Notes: a model not told the origin generated them from the sequence alone. A stretch of DNA of 64,000 bases from an uncultured Gammaproteobacteria bacterium (GCA_964488685.1 CAZAVY010000002.1:9716-73715); one strand, 5' to 3'; shown: positions 43,830 to 53,401, counted from the stretch's first letter. Program-made: numbers and translations.

Positions 43830-46400
43830 ATGGAAGTATCCAAGACGAAAGGCAGTTTGCTGGCAAAGCTCAACCAAAGGCTTAAGGGAACCGGCGATAC
43901 TGAACCTGAACAGGCGTATTTACGGCTAGCGATCGCTTTTATCCTGGTCGTTATATTTTGTTTACCCTGGGGTGCGGGTGAACATTTTACCGATATTTTC
44001 GATTCAACACCGAATATCATCATCCTGACCGCGAGCAGTATAGCTCTGCTGATTTTCGCCGCAATCGTAAAAAACCCACGTCCCTCTCCGATCAGACGAG
44101 TCTGTGGAATCTTACTGGATATGGTGTCGCTATCCATATTGATGTTCCTGACAGGTGGCGACCATGTACCACTGTTTGTATTTTATCTATGGGTCACGCT
44201 CGGCAATGGCTTTCGATATGGTACCCGTTATCTTTACATCTCGTTTGGCGTCAGTCTTGCGGGGTTTGCGCTGGTAATCCTGGGTAGTGAATATTGGCAG
44301 GCGAATCGCTCCTTCGCGATAAGCTTGCTACTCATTCTTCTGGTACTGCCACTGTACGCCGCTTTTTTACTGGAAAAATTGCATGCAGCCATAGCTGCGG
44401 CCAAGCAGGCCAATGAAGCCAAGAGTCGATTTCTGGCGAACATGTCGCATGAATTGAGAACGCCGCTTAACGGCGTAATTGGAATGGGTGATTTACTCCA
44501 GGAGACCCGACTGAGTTCCGAGCAGCAGGAACTTGTCGGCACCCTTCATAGCTCGGCCTACTCCCTGCTTGAATTGATCGAAAACGTACTGGATATCGCC
44601 AAAATCGAAGCCGGTAAGATCGATATTGAAAAGAAACCGCTCGACCTGCATGCAGTCGTGAATTCGGTGATTTACATGCTCTCCCCGTCGGGTGAATCCA
44701 AGAATCTACTGATTTCCTGCACTATCGATCCCGATACGCCATTTTCTTTACGGGGTGACCAACAACATATCCGGCAGGTATTAATTAATCTCGTCAACAA
44801 TGCCATCAAGTTCACCGATGATGGTTCGGTAAACCTGCGCGTATTCAGAATTGGCGGGAGTGACAGGAAACCACGAATTCGATTCGAGGTCACAGATACC
44901 GGAGTCGGGATCTCGGAAGAATACCTGAAAACTATTTTTGATAATTTCACTCAAGCCGAGCAGCGATCAAGTAGGCGTTATGGTGGAACAGGACTGGGGA
45001 CTGCCATTTCCAGAGAGCTGGTTGAGTTAATGGGTGGAGAGATAGGTGTTCGCAGTGAACTCGATAAGGGTTCCACCTTTTGGTTCGAACTACCATTCGA
45101 TCTGGTGCCACACAACGACCAGGTCATTTCTTCAAACCATATTCTGTTACTCGCTGATGAGGATACGGCTGCCGTTATACGACCGTCACTGAAAGGTTGG
45201 GATATAGATTTTGACTGGGTTCGCTCCTCGGCACGCGCATTTTCGTTGTTGTTACAGGCTTCGGAAAAAGGAAGCAATTATCACTCCGCCATTGTCGACC
45301 AGGACTGCCTGACAGATATTAGTGCCGAGCAGTTTGCACAAATGATTCGATCTGAAAAGATACTGGAACATTTGTCACTAATATTGGTGAACTCGTCAGA
45401 TACCATGATCAACATCAACGCGGTAAATCAATATTACATATCGACGATTCTTGAACCCGAAGAAAAGAGATCCCTGTTTAACGCGATACATGCGGCGCAA
45501 AGCGTTCATATTTCCGAGGAAAATGTTGTCACCCTCGCTGAACACTACGGCAGACAAGCGGGCGCCAAAAACCTCAAAATACTGGTCGCCGAGGATAATG
45601 CAGTCAATCAAAAGTTAATTCAGAGGATTTTGCAACACGCCGGGCACAGTGTGACACTCGTCGATTGTGGAGAAGATGTGCTCGACATCCTCGATAACAG
45701 CATGAGTTCACTGGATGCGCTCATACTCGATATGAACATGCCGGGAATGAGTGGATTGGAGGTCATGAAAACCATCCGATTTCTTGACACGAGTCGTTCG
45801 CTACCCGTGATCATGCTGACTGCGGATGCAACACCGGAGGCCAAGGTAGCGAGCTTGAGTGCCGGGGCAGATGCCTTTTTAACCAAACCTGTCAATGCCA
45901 GGGCGTTGTTGGACCGGATCGCATTTTTATCCAGGAATATAAGCAAGGAGAGTACCGTGGCTGGAGCCGAGATCAAATTAGAATCTGAAGTGAGCAAACT
46001 GGAATTACTGCAACCGGTTGCAGACATTAAAGAGTCCGAGTGGTACGAAGAGTCTCTACTAAGAGAAGTGTCCGCTCTCGGGGACTACGATTTCCTGCAT
46101 GATCTGGTCAGAGACTTTCAACGAGATGGGGTCAAGCACGTCGCACGAATCAACGAAGCCGCAGAAAATGACTATCTGGAGTATCGCGAAGCACTGCATG
46201 CGCTAAAAGGGTCATCGATAGAGCTGGGGGCACGGGTGCTGGCAGATATCTGCCAGCAGGGCGAAGCCCTAAAACCCTACGATATAGGAAGTGAAACCAC
46301 CCGAAAAATGGCTGCGGAGATCCAGAGTATATTCCTCAAGACGTCCGCAGCATTGAGCAGTGCCATAAAACAGGATATTGCAAAACCTCGAGGAAATTAA
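43830..46400 (+). CDS. rpfC: Hybrid sensor histidine kinase: 5-TM input, HisKA, HATPase, pseudo-receiver, REC and HPt domains (RpfC-like DSF sensor)
   Basis: H-box ANMSHELRTPLNGV, N-box NLVNNAIKFT, REC (LILDMNMPGMSGLEV) and HPt (HALKGSSIELGA). Starts 22 nt after rpfG. Confidence 0.8.
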   Translation: MEVSKTKGSLLAKLNQRLKGTGDTEPEQAYLRLAIAFILVVIFCLPWGAGEHFTDIFDSTPNIIILTASSIALLIFAAIVKNPRPSPIRRVCGILLDMVSLSILMFLTGGDHVPLFVFYLWVTLGNGFRYGTRYLYISFGVSLAGFALVILGSEYWQANRSFAISLLLILLVLPLYAAFLLEKLHAAIAAAKQANEAKSRFLANMSHELRTPLNGVIGMGDLLQETRLSSEQQELVGTLHSSAYSLLELIENVLDIAKIEAGKIDIEKKPLDLHAVVNSVIYMLSPSGESKNLLISCTIDPDTPFSLRGDQQHIRQVLINLVNNAIKFTDDGSVNLRVFRIGGSDRKPRIRFEVTDTGVGISEEYLKTIFDNFTQAEQRSSRRYGGTGLGTAISRELVELMGGEIGVRSELDKGSTFWFELPFDLVPHNDQVISSNHILLLADEDTAAVIRPSLKGWDIDFDWVRSSARAFSLLLQASEKGSNYHSAIVDQDCLTDISAEQFAQMIRSEKILEHLSLILVNSSDTMININAVNQYYISTILEPEEKRSLFNAIHAAQSVHISEENVVTLAEHYGRQAGAKNLKILVAEDNAVNQKLIQRILQHAGHSVTLVDCGEDVLDILDNSMSSLDALILDMNMPGMSGLEVMKTIRFLDTSRSLPVIMLTADATPEAKVASLSAGADAFLTKPVNARALLDRIAFLSRNISKESTVAGAEIKLESEVSKLELLQPVADIKESEWYEESLLREVSALGDYDFLHDLVRDFQRDGVKHVARINEAAENDYLEYREALHALKGSSIELGARVLADICQQGEALKPYDIGSETTRKMAAEIQSIFLKTSAALSSAIKQDIAKPRGN

Positions 46401-46438
46401 ATCTCAAGTCTGCGAACACCTCGACTGGTGCAGAGTAA

Positions 46439-47305
46439 TTACCGCCTCGAATCCTGCATCTTGGTTAAGCGACTCATCATCTTCAGGTCCTTGTCAGTGA
46501 GTTTGAAGGCCGCATCGGTCCAGATCTTGGCAATATCAATGAGTTCGTCATAACTAATTTTGTTACAGATATCACGCACTTTTCTGATTGCGTTGTAGCT
46601 GTTCGAATAACGATTGGCCGCCTTGATATATTTGTAAACTTCGATCTCACCTTCGCCTTTCTCTGCGAGAATATCGATTACACCCATATCATATAGCTCG
46701 TCGGAAGTATAAAGTTTTCCACTCAGTATGATTCTTTCGGCTTTCGCGGTACCAATTCGGCGAGACAACAGGGAATAGGCTCCCATGCCGGGAAACAGGT
46801 TGAACAGGACTTCGGGCAGTCCCATCTTTACGCCTTTTTCAGCAATCACTACATTGCTCGCCAGCGCCGACTCGAACCCGCCGCCAAGCGCGTCTCCCTG
46901 TACCAGGGCGATGGTGGTAAGGTCACAACCAAGATGATTGATATTTTCGTGGAGAATATCAATACAACGAATCGCATAGTTAAATAACCCGTCACGATTT
47001 TTGCCTTCGATACAATTCCGGAACAAATTGAGATCGCCACCTAGATTGAAAATCCCTTTAATATCGGAACCGATCACGATGTAGTCGTATTTCTGCCCTT
47101 GACTGGCCCGCATTTCTTCCTTTACCACGCGGATGTACTCATGAAAATCGGAGAGCAGATTATTGGTGAAGCAGGGACGTGGCGCGGCATTCATCAAGCA
47201 CCAGGAGGTCTTGTACTTGTGATCGAAATGTATTTTCAGTTGCTGGGACTTATCGCTTTCTAGTCTTGGATAGGCGGAACGGTCCAATACTGCTAAATTG
47301 CTCAT
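46439..47305 (-). CDS. rpfF: DSF synthase RpfF (crotonase-family enoyl-CoA hydratase)
   Basis: Very close match to Xanthomonas RpfF, including FNLGGDLNLF, IALVQGDALGGGFESAL and GLPEVLFNLFPGMGAYS with both catalytic Glu residues. The start is taken at ATG 47305 (MSNLAV, with a GGAGAG SD). The track ORF to 47353 starts at TTG. Confidence 0.9.
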   Translation of the reverse strand: MSNLAVLDRSAYPRLESDKSQQLKIHFDHKYKTSWCLMNAAPRPCFTNNLLSDFHEYIRVVKEEMRASQGQKYDYIVIGSDIKGIFNLGGDLNLFRNCIEGKNRDGLFNYAIRCIDILHENINHLGCDLTTIALVQGDALGGGFESALASNVVIAEKGVKMGLPEVLFNLFPGMGAYSLLSRRIGTAKAERIILSGKLYTSDELYDMGVIDILAEKGEGEIEVYKYIKAANRYSNSYNAIRKVRDICNKISYDELIDIAKIWTDAAFKLTDKDLKMMSRLTKMQDSRR

Positions 47306-47379
47306 AACTGTGTCTCTCCAGAACTTGTTATCGAAATTTCCCGAATTTTGCAAGCGGGATTCACTTTGGTTGTGCCAGC

Positions 47380-47419
47380 CCTGTAAACCTGTAAACCTGT
47401 AAACCTGTAAACCTGTAAA
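47380..47419. repeat. Perfect tandem repeat (CCTGTAAA)x5, read as TTTACAGG in the rpfF sense, 75-115 bp upstream of the rpfF ATG
   Basis: Read directly from the sequence: cctgtaaa repeated five times, then cc. Confidence 0.95.
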
Positions 47420-47518
47420 CCAGACAAATTAGGCTATTTATTTCAGAGCTTTACCCACTTTTTTTATGGTGGTTTGTGGACACCAATTTACCGAAACGTG
47501 AATCAATTGCAAGCAAAC

Positions 47519-47534
47519 TGTGACCAATTTCACA
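47519..47534. promoter_or_regulatory. Perfect CRP/Clp-type palindrome TGTGA-N6-TCACA upstream of rpfF
   Basis: The sequence reads tgtgaccaatttcaca. It lies about 215 bp upstream of the rpfF ATG in a noncoding region. Confidence 0.4.
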
Positions 47535-47685
47535 TTTCAATAGCAACAATGCACTTTCGATTAACGATCTAAGTCATTGTTATATAGGGGTTTAATAAGT
47601 CTGTATTTCAAGATTGAAATAGTTCACATTTCTACAAAGACGCGCTTGAACTACTTTGGAAATAACTTAAAGGTGTTTGATTCTC

Positions 47686-47717
47686 AACAAAAAAGCGTCG
47701 GATTCTCGACGGTTTTG
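47686..47717 (-). terminator. Rho-independent terminator downstream of iscX (end of the isc operon)
   Basis: Minus strand reads ccgtcgagaatccgacgc followed by ttttttg. Confidence 0.5.
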
Positions 47718-47746
47718 CGTCAACTATTTGACTTATCTGCAATCAT

Positions 47747-47947
47747 TTAATCGTTTTCGTCGATCCAGGCCATCTGAATTGCTTCCAGAATCTTTTCATT
47801 CGAACGATCGGGATCATCGTCAAACTCGTCAAGCGCGCAGACCCAGCTATGCAGGTCGGTAAAACGAACATACTGGGGATCGACATCGGTATGGGTCTCG
47901 GCAAGTTCTATTGCAATATCCAGTGTATCTGTCCACTTTAGACTCAT
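47747..47947 (-). CDS. iscX: Fe-S assembly protein IscX
   Basis: MSLKWTDT...RFTDLHSWVCALDEFDDDP...EKILEAIQMAW matches IscX/YfhJ. Confidence 0.85.
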   Translation of the reverse strand: MSLKWTDTLDIAIELAETHTDVDPQYVRFTDLHSWVCALDEFDDDPDRSNEKILEAIQMAWIDEND

Positions 47948-47977
47948 GGTTTGCTCCTCTCGCGACATAATAGTAGA

Positions 47978-48319
47978 TTAATGATTTTCGGAAACCATAT
48001 TAATGGTGTACTTGGGAATTTCGATAGTCAGGTCTCCGTCCCCCACTATTGCCTGGCAGCTCAAACGCGAATCCATATCCAGGCCCCAGGCCTTATCAAG
48101 ATAATCATCTTCGTCTTCGCTGGATTCTTCAAGGGATTCGAATCCCTCTCGCACGTAAACGTGACAAGTCGTGCAGGCACAAGACTTTTCACAAGCATGT
48201 TCGATTTCGATACCATTGTTCAGCATTGCATCACACAAGCTGATACCGGGTTCAACATCGATTTCAGCACCCTGTGGACAGATTTCGTCATGCGGCAATA
48301 TAATAAGCCTGGTCATCAA
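47978..48319 (-). CDS. fdx: ISC-type [2Fe-2S] ferredoxin
   Basis: [12 protein letters not shown] and LSCQ cysteine motifs. Lies between hscA and iscX. Confidence 0.9.
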   Translation of the reverse strand: MMTRLIILPHDEICPQGAEIDVEPGISLCDAMLNNGIEIEHACEKSCACTTCHVYVREGFESLEESSEDEDDYLDKAWGLDMDSRLSCQAIVGDGDLTIEIPKYTINMVSENH

Positions 48320-50184
48320 ACATCAACCTCGTCAATTTGTTTTCCGGTGAGCACTTTGGTAACGCTCGCGTTCATACGTTTTGCTACGTAGAATTCACTT
48401 GCGTCCTCGATGGCCTTGATCAATTGCTTGAGTTCAACTGTCGGCGCTGTTTCGATTGCGGCTACAAGACGATCTCGATGCTCGACAATGCGAGCAATTT
48501 CAGATGGGTTCAGTAAAACTTCACCATCCTCTGCGAGAGCCGAATTAATCGCTTCAATCACTCTCCTGGCTTCGACCTGCTGCTGCTTGTGCATACGATG
48601 TTCGATATCTTTACCTGCGTGAACAATCGAGGCTCGCAACATCGATTCGATCTCGGTATCGGTTAATCCGTACGAAGGCTTGACTACGATGTCGGCAACC
48701 ACGCCACTGGAGGTTTCTTCTGCGCTAACCGACATCAATCCGTCAGCATCAACCTGGTAAGTAACGCGTATGCGCGCGGCGCCGGCAGTCATCGGTGGAA
48801 ATCCATGCAATTCGAATCGCGCCAGGGAACGACAATCGGATACCAGTTCCCTTTCACCCTGTACTACGTGGATCGACATCGCGGTTTGACCGTCTTTAAA
48901 AGTTGTGAAATCCTGTGCACGCGACACCGGAATTGGAGTGTTACGAGCAATGATTTTTTCACTCAGGCCACCCATGGTTTCGATTGCCAGCGACAAAGGC
49001 AGTACGTCAAGCAACAGCATTTCACTGTTGGGTTTGTTGCCGGCAAGAATATCAGCCTGAATCGCAGCACCCAGCGCAACCACTTGATCGGGATCGAGTT
49101 CACACATGGGTTTACGCTCGAAAAATTCTCCCAGCATCGCCTGAACCAGTGGTACCCGGGTCGATCCCCCGACCATGATTACTTCATCAATGTCGGCTTG
49201 ACTTATTCCGGCGTCACGCAAAGCTCGTCGACAAGCAGTCAGGGTTTTCCTGACCAGCGTCTGAATCAGTTGATTGAAGAGACCACGGTCAATTGTCCCA
49301 CGCCATGTTTCCCGGTGTTCAATCACGATTTCTGCTGAATCATAATCCGTCAGTGTTTGTTTCGCAGCCCGTGCTGCAAGCAAAATCTGTCGCGCTAGTC
49401 CTGCATCTATTTCGCCGAAATCAACTTGCTCAATTATCCATTCACCGAGTGCATGATCCATGTCGTCACCCCCTAACGAAGAATCACCGCCGCTTGCAAG
49501 AACCTCGAAAATTCCCTTGTTGAGCCGTAAAATAGAGATATCGAAAGTACCACCACCAAGGTCATAAACCGCGATCAATCCATCACTGCTTTGATCGAGC
49601 CCGTAAGCGACCGCGGCCGCAGTCGGTTCATTCAAGAGACGAAACAGGTTCAGCCCGGCGAGGGTTGCCGCATCTCGAGTCGCCTGGCGCTGGGCGTCGT
49701 CAAAATAAGCCGGCACCGTTATCACAACTCCATCAAGGTCTACGCCCATACTCTGGCTGGCGCGCTGCGCAAGTGCTTTGAGAATCTCGCTGGAAATTTC
49801 AACCGCACTGAAATCACCACTGCGGGTACGAATTCTGGGAACCTTACTATTTCCGCTGGTCACAAATTGGTATGGCATGACATGGCCAAGCAGGCTAAGG
49901 TCTTCCTGACCCCTGCCCATCAACCTTTTAATCGAGACGATGCTGTTTAAAGGATCACTGGTGAGGAAATTCAGCGCCGGGTAACCGACCAATATCTGAG
50001 CATTATCGAAATGAACCACCGAAGGTAACAGGCTGCGCCCCTCGGTATCGGGCAAACACACCGCCTCGCCACTGCGCACGGTCGCGACCAGTGAATTGGT
50101 GGTACCGAGATCGATTCCAGCCGAATAACGAAGTTGCTGCGGTGCGCTCGATTCACCCGGTTCGGATATCTGCAATAGCGCCAT
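48316..50184 (-). CDS. hscA: Fe-S cluster assembly chaperone HscA (Hsp70)
   Basis: [12 protein letters not shown] and DLGGGTFD Hsp70 motifs over 622 aa. Confidence 0.95.
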   Translation of the reverse strand: MALLQISEPGESSAPQQLRYSAGIDLGTTNSLVATVRSGEAVCLPDTEGRSLLPSVVHFDNAQILVGYPALNFLTSDPLNSIVSIKRLMGRGQEDLSLLGHVMPYQFVTSGNSKVPRIRTRSGDFSAVEISSEILKALAQRASQSMGVDLDGVVITVPAYFDDAQRQATRDAATLAGLNLFRLLNEPTAAAVAYGLDQSSDGLIAVYDLGGGTFDISILRLNKGIFEVLASGGDSSLGGDDMDHALGEWIIEQVDFGEIDAGLARQILLAARAAKQTLTDYDSAEIVIEHRETWRGTIDRGLFNQLIQTLVRKTLTACRRALRDAGISQADIDEVIMVGGSTRVPLVQAMLGEFFERKPMCELDPDQVVALGAAIQADILAGNKPNSEMLLLDVLPLSLAIETMGGLSEKIIARNTPIPVSRAQDFTTFKDGQTAMSIHVVQGERELVSDCRSLARFELHGFPPMTAGAARIRVTYQVDADGLMSVSAEETSSGVVADIVVKPSYGLTDTEIESMLRASIVHAGKDIEHRMHKQQQVEARRVIEAINSALAEDGEVLLNPSEIARIVEHRDRLVAAIETAPTVELKQLIKAIEDASEFYVAKRMNASVTKVLTGKQIDEVDV

Positions 50185-50732
50185 CAGTAATCTTCCAATT
50201 CAAACTGAAGCTCTGCCAGTTGGTGCTGAATGCGCTGAATAAACTGCATTTTTCGACTGTATTCCATGGCCGAGTCGAAGTTACCTGCTTCAAACTGAGT
50301 GACAAACTCGCGCGCTAAACCTTGCGCCCGTTGTCTCAACCGGGTCTCAATCTGCTCACTGCGTGACAGTGCATCTTCACCCTGTCGACAGGAGTCGATT
50401 TCTTCACGTAATTCGATCTGCTCCATCAAAAAGCCTGTGTCCGAGGTGGTTGTTGAATCGTCGTGGATATCAACACCACTGATTTCAAGCAGGTATTTCG
50501 ATCGTTTCACAGGATCCTGCAGTGTTTCATAGGCCTGGTTTACCCAGGAGGCAATTTGCACCGACAGGCGTTTATCCCGGTCGTTGGAACTAACGTATCG
50601 ATCCGGGTGATAAATTGCCTGCAAACGTTGTTGCTCGGCATGTAAATTCCTGGCATCGATTTCGAAGGCAGGGCTTAAGCCGAACAGCTCAAAGTAGGTT
50701 TGGCTGATATCGGGGAACTGCATCCAGGTCAA
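50184..50732 (-). CDS. hscB: Co-chaperone HscB (J-domain)
   Basis: YFELFGL...HPD J-domain and a C-terminal helical domain. The start may be at the internal MQFPD. Confidence 0.85.
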   Translation of the reverse strand: MTWMQFPDISQTYFELFGLSPAFEIDARNLHAEQQRLQAIYHPDRYVSSNDRDKRLSVQIASWVNQAYETLQDPVKRSKYLLEISGVDIHDDSTTTSDTGFLMEQIELREEIDSCRQGEDALSRSEQIETRLRQRAQGLAREFVTQFEAGNFDSAMEYSRKMQFIQRIQHQLAELQFELEDY

Positions 50733-51052
50733 ACGGTAAAACTTTCACCACAGCCACAGGCATCCTTGGCATTGGGATTTTTAAACTGGAACCCCTGGTT
50801 CAGTCCAACCTTGGCAAAGTCGACCTCGGTGCCGTCGAGAAACACCAGACTCTTCTGATCGACGACTATCTTTACTCCCTTCGATTCGAAGACTTCATCG
50901 CCATCCTGTAGCTCATCGACAAATTCGATAACGTATGCCAGCCCCGAACAACCGGTGGTCTTAACGCCGAGGCGCAAACCGATGCCCTTGCCTCTGTTGT
51001 CCAGAAATTGCTGCACTCGTGATGCCGCTATGTCACTCAGATGAATTGCCAT
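50729..51052 (-). CDS. iscA: A-type Fe-S carrier IscA
   Basis: GCSGLAY...CGCGESF cysteine motifs. 107 aa. Confidence 0.9.
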   Translation of the reverse strand: MAIHLSDIAASRVQQFLDNRGKGIGLRLGVKTTGCSGLAYVIEFVDELQDGDEVFESKGVKIVVDQKSLVFLDGTEVDFAKVGLNQGFQFKNPNAKDACGCGESFTV

Positions 51053-51062
51053 ATTTCTCTCT

Positions 51063-52211
51063 CTATACCGCTGCCTGACGGATTACCGCGGGTAGTTTAT
51101 TGACCAAGTCCTGGAGTTTAATGATCAGCATCTCAACATCCTGTAGGCTGTTATCCATGCCGAAACTTACCCTTATCGCATTCAGAGCAAGATTATTTTC
51201 AACACCCATCGCTGTTAATACATGACTCGGTTCGGTGACCGCGCTGTGACAGGCTGAACCGCTGGACAGCGCAAAGCCGGCACGGTCAAGCTCCATCAAC
51301 AGGGTTTCACCATGATAATAGGGTAATGCAAAGTAGGTCGTATTCGACAATCGGGGTAGTTGTTGTCCAAACACGACGCTGCCCGCAATACCTGACAGCT
51401 TCGACTCAAAAACCTCTTTCAGTTGTGTAAGATGGTGGTGTTTCCGATCCATTTCAAGGCGTGCAATCTGTACCGCCTTGCCAAGCCCGACAATCCCGGC
51501 AACATTTTCAGTGCCCCCACGAAGCCGTTTTTCCTGATATCCACCACTGATCAGTATTTTTTTCGGTTTGCGCTTGACCACCAGTGCGCCGATACCCTGT
51601 GGCCCTCGCAGCTTATGTGCCGAAAAGCTAAGCGCATCGATATCGAGTTGCGTCATATCGAGCGGAATCTTACCGACCGCCTGGGTAGCATCGGTATGCA
51701 GCATGCATAAATCCCGATCCACCATAGCCGCCAGTGACTCAATCGGCTGTAATACCCCGGTTTCATTATTGGCATAAATGATCGACAGTAGCTGGGCATC
51801 AGCCCCGGCAAGCACCGAAGCGGCTGCTTCCAGGTCTATCTGTCCTTCCTGGTTCGATTTTAACAGGATCACCTCCTGCCCTTCATCCGCCAGTTGTTTA
51901 AGAGGCTCGAGAATACTGGGATGTTCTATTTCGCTACTAACGATGGGACCGGCGCGGGTTTTATCGGCAAATCCTTTCAACAACATGTTGTTTGCTTCGG
52001 TTCCACCCGAGGTAAATATAACGGCATCGCTGGAACACCCTAGCAAGGCCGCTACTTCGGCACGCGCGGATTCGACCGCTGATCGCGCCATGCGCCCATA
52101 GCTATGCAGACTGGACGGGTTGCCGGTCGGATTTTGCAAAAACGACCTGATTGCATCGATCACTTCCGGATGCATGGGTGAAGTCGCATTATGATCGAGG
52201 TACACGGGCAT
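51063..52211 (-). CDS. iscS: Cysteine desulfurase (class I, IscS/NifS-like)
   Basis: SSGSACHS active-site loop and the PLP lysine motif [12 protein letters not shown]. The start is taken at [12 protein letters not shown], giving 382 aa. It is shorter at the C-terminus than E. coli IscS. Confidence 0.85.
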   Translation of the reverse strand: MPVYLDHNATSPMHPEVIDAIRSFLQNPTGNPSSLHSYGRMARSAVESARAEVAALLGCSSDAVIFTSGGTEANNMLLKGFADKTRAGPIVSSEIEHPSILEPLKQLADEGQEVILLKSNQEGQIDLEAAASVLAGADAQLLSIIYANNETGVLQPIESLAAMVDRDLCMLHTDATQAVGKIPLDMTQLDIDALSFSAHKLRGPQGIGALVVKRKPKKILISGGYQEKRLRGGTENVAGIVGLGKAVQIARLEMDRKHHHLTQLKEVFESKLSGIAGSVVFGQQLPRLSNTTYFALPYYHGETLLMELDRAGFALSSGSACHSAVTEPSHVLTAMGVENNLALNAIRVSFGMDNSLQDVEMLIIKLQDLVNKLPAVIRQAAV

Positions 52212-52215
52212 GGTA

Positions 52216-52674
52216 TTACCGCAGGTTGGGTTGTTTTTGCCGTAGATCGTGCATTCGGGAGAGTTCCTGTACTTCGTCATTTCGCATCATGTCCGCCAGC
52301 GAAATCGTAGCCAGGTAGTTTTCGATCTCGTCGCTCAACTCTTCCCATAGCCGCTCGGTCAGGCAAGGTTCGTAATCGGGCGATCCATTCGTAATATCCC
52401 TGTCCGCTACCTGCACTATCACGTCAACCGCATTAATGACATCGGCAATACACACCTGCTCGGGTGATTCTCTCAGGCTGTAACCGCCGCCGGGGCCACG
52501 GGTACTCACGACCAGTTTATTGCGCCTCATTTTGGCAAATAATTGCTCAAGGTAAGACAGGGATATACTTTGCCGGACCGAGATATCGGCCAGTGATACC
52601 GGACCCTGGTCCGAGTGCATGACCAGATCGAGCAGTGAGGTTACCGCATATCGACTTTTGGTGGATAATTGCAT
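52216..52674 (-). CDS. iscR: Rrf2-family regulator IscR-like (only 1 of the 4 canonical cluster ligands conserved)
   Basis: N-terminal wHTH SRYAVTSLLDL...GPVSLADISVRQSISLSYLEQLF. It sits immediately upstream of iscS. The E. coli C92, C98 and H107 positions are not conserved here. Confidence 0.8.
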   Translation of the reverse strand: MQLSTKSRYAVTSLLDLVMHSDQGPVSLADISVRQSISLSYLEQLFAKMRRNKLVVSTRGPGGGYSLRESPEQVCIADVINAVDVIVQVADRDITNGSPDYEPCLTERLWEELSDEIENYLATISLADMMRNDEVQELSRMHDLRQKQPNLR

Positions 52675-52710
52675 CGTGAAATAGCTTGGTGTAATATCGG
52701 ATTAGTATAC

Positions 52711-52735
52711 AATCCTGACTAAAATGGTCAACTAT
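52711..52735 (-). promoter_or_regulatory. Candidate IscR type-1 binding site in the iscR promoter
   Basis: Minus strand reads ATAGTTGACCATTTTAGTCAGGATT. It resembles the type-1 consensus ATASYYGACTRwwwYAGTCRRSTAT. It lies 37-60 bp upstream of the iscR ATG. Confidence 0.4.
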
Positions 52736-52954
52736 TATACTAGGGGTAGATTGACTATTACCTTTGTGCCTTTAGCGGCCTGGCTTCATTGTCGAGCAGC
52801 ATTTCAAGCTTTGTGAAATACTGTTGTAATGGATCGGCGAGTCGTTCGTCGTCATCGATCAGCAATAGTCTGCGCATTCATTTACCTGTTAACCCGGCGA
52901 CATTGTACAACGCGACTCCCACTTGAGAAGCCGCGTTCCATATCAGGACCGGAA

Positions 52955-53401
52955 TCAGTGGTTGTCACCATGGCGATGATGCCTGATAAATTCCTTCATT
53001 GCCTGTTTTTGCTCTGCGCTCAGCGAATCCAGGAAAGCCGCCAGCGATGCGATCACCAGCGGCGCTTTATCATTGATCATCTGTGTTTTCTGCTGCACCA
53101 TTTCGATTGCGCGTAACTGGTTAAAGCCGGAATCCTGTAAAAGCGCTTCAATTTCATTGATATGCTCAGTTCTGGTTGCCTTTATATCCGTCATGGCATT
53201 GACCACCGTTTCAGCAAGATCGCTAAAACGCTGCTTTTGCTGGCTGTCGAGGTCCAGCTTTTGGGTTACCTTTTCAGTGACGAATTCAATTTTATCGCCG
53301 GCTGTCATGCCCCAGTGGTTGTGTTTAGCAAATGCGTATACAACGCCGGAACTGCCGACGATCAGTAATACAGCGGCAACGATTCTGCTAGAAAGTTTCA
53401 T
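52955..53401 (-). CDS. Periplasmic Spy/CpxP/ZraP-family stress protein (LTXXQ motifs, His-rich C-terminus)
   Basis: Signal peptide, LDSQQKQRFSDL and LSAEQKQAMKEF motifs, and C-terminal HHRHGDNH. Confidence 0.65.
   Translation of the reverse strand: MKLSSRIVAAVLLIVGSSGVVYAFAKHNHWGMTAGDKIEFVTEKVTQKLDLDSQQKQRFSDLAETVVNAMTDIKATRTEHINEIEALLQDSGFNQLRAIEMVQQKTQMINDKAPLVIASLAAFLDSLSAEQKQAMKEFIRHHRHGDNH

Noticed and set aside
47300-47380. Sigma54-like TGGCAC ... TTGCA motif between the octamer repeat and the rpfF start (minus strand).
   Set aside because: The spacing between the GG and GC elements is about 18 nt instead of the required 4-5 nt. It is not a plausible -24/-12 promoter.
47380-47419. Considered whether the short direct repeats could be a CRISPR array.
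   Set aside because: The units are 8 bp, contiguous, with no spacers. There are no cas genes. This is a microsatellite-type tandem repeat, not CRISPR.
47677-47862. 61-aa plus-strand ORF in the rpfF/iscX intergenic region.
   Set aside because: It overlaps the iscX coding region and terminator on the opposite strand. It has no Shine-Dalgarno and an Arg/Ser-rich product. Probably spurious.
52829-53116. 95-aa plus-strand ORF in the iscR upstream region overlapping the Spy-like gene.
   Set aside because: It is antisense to the Spy/CpxP-family gene and has no motifs.
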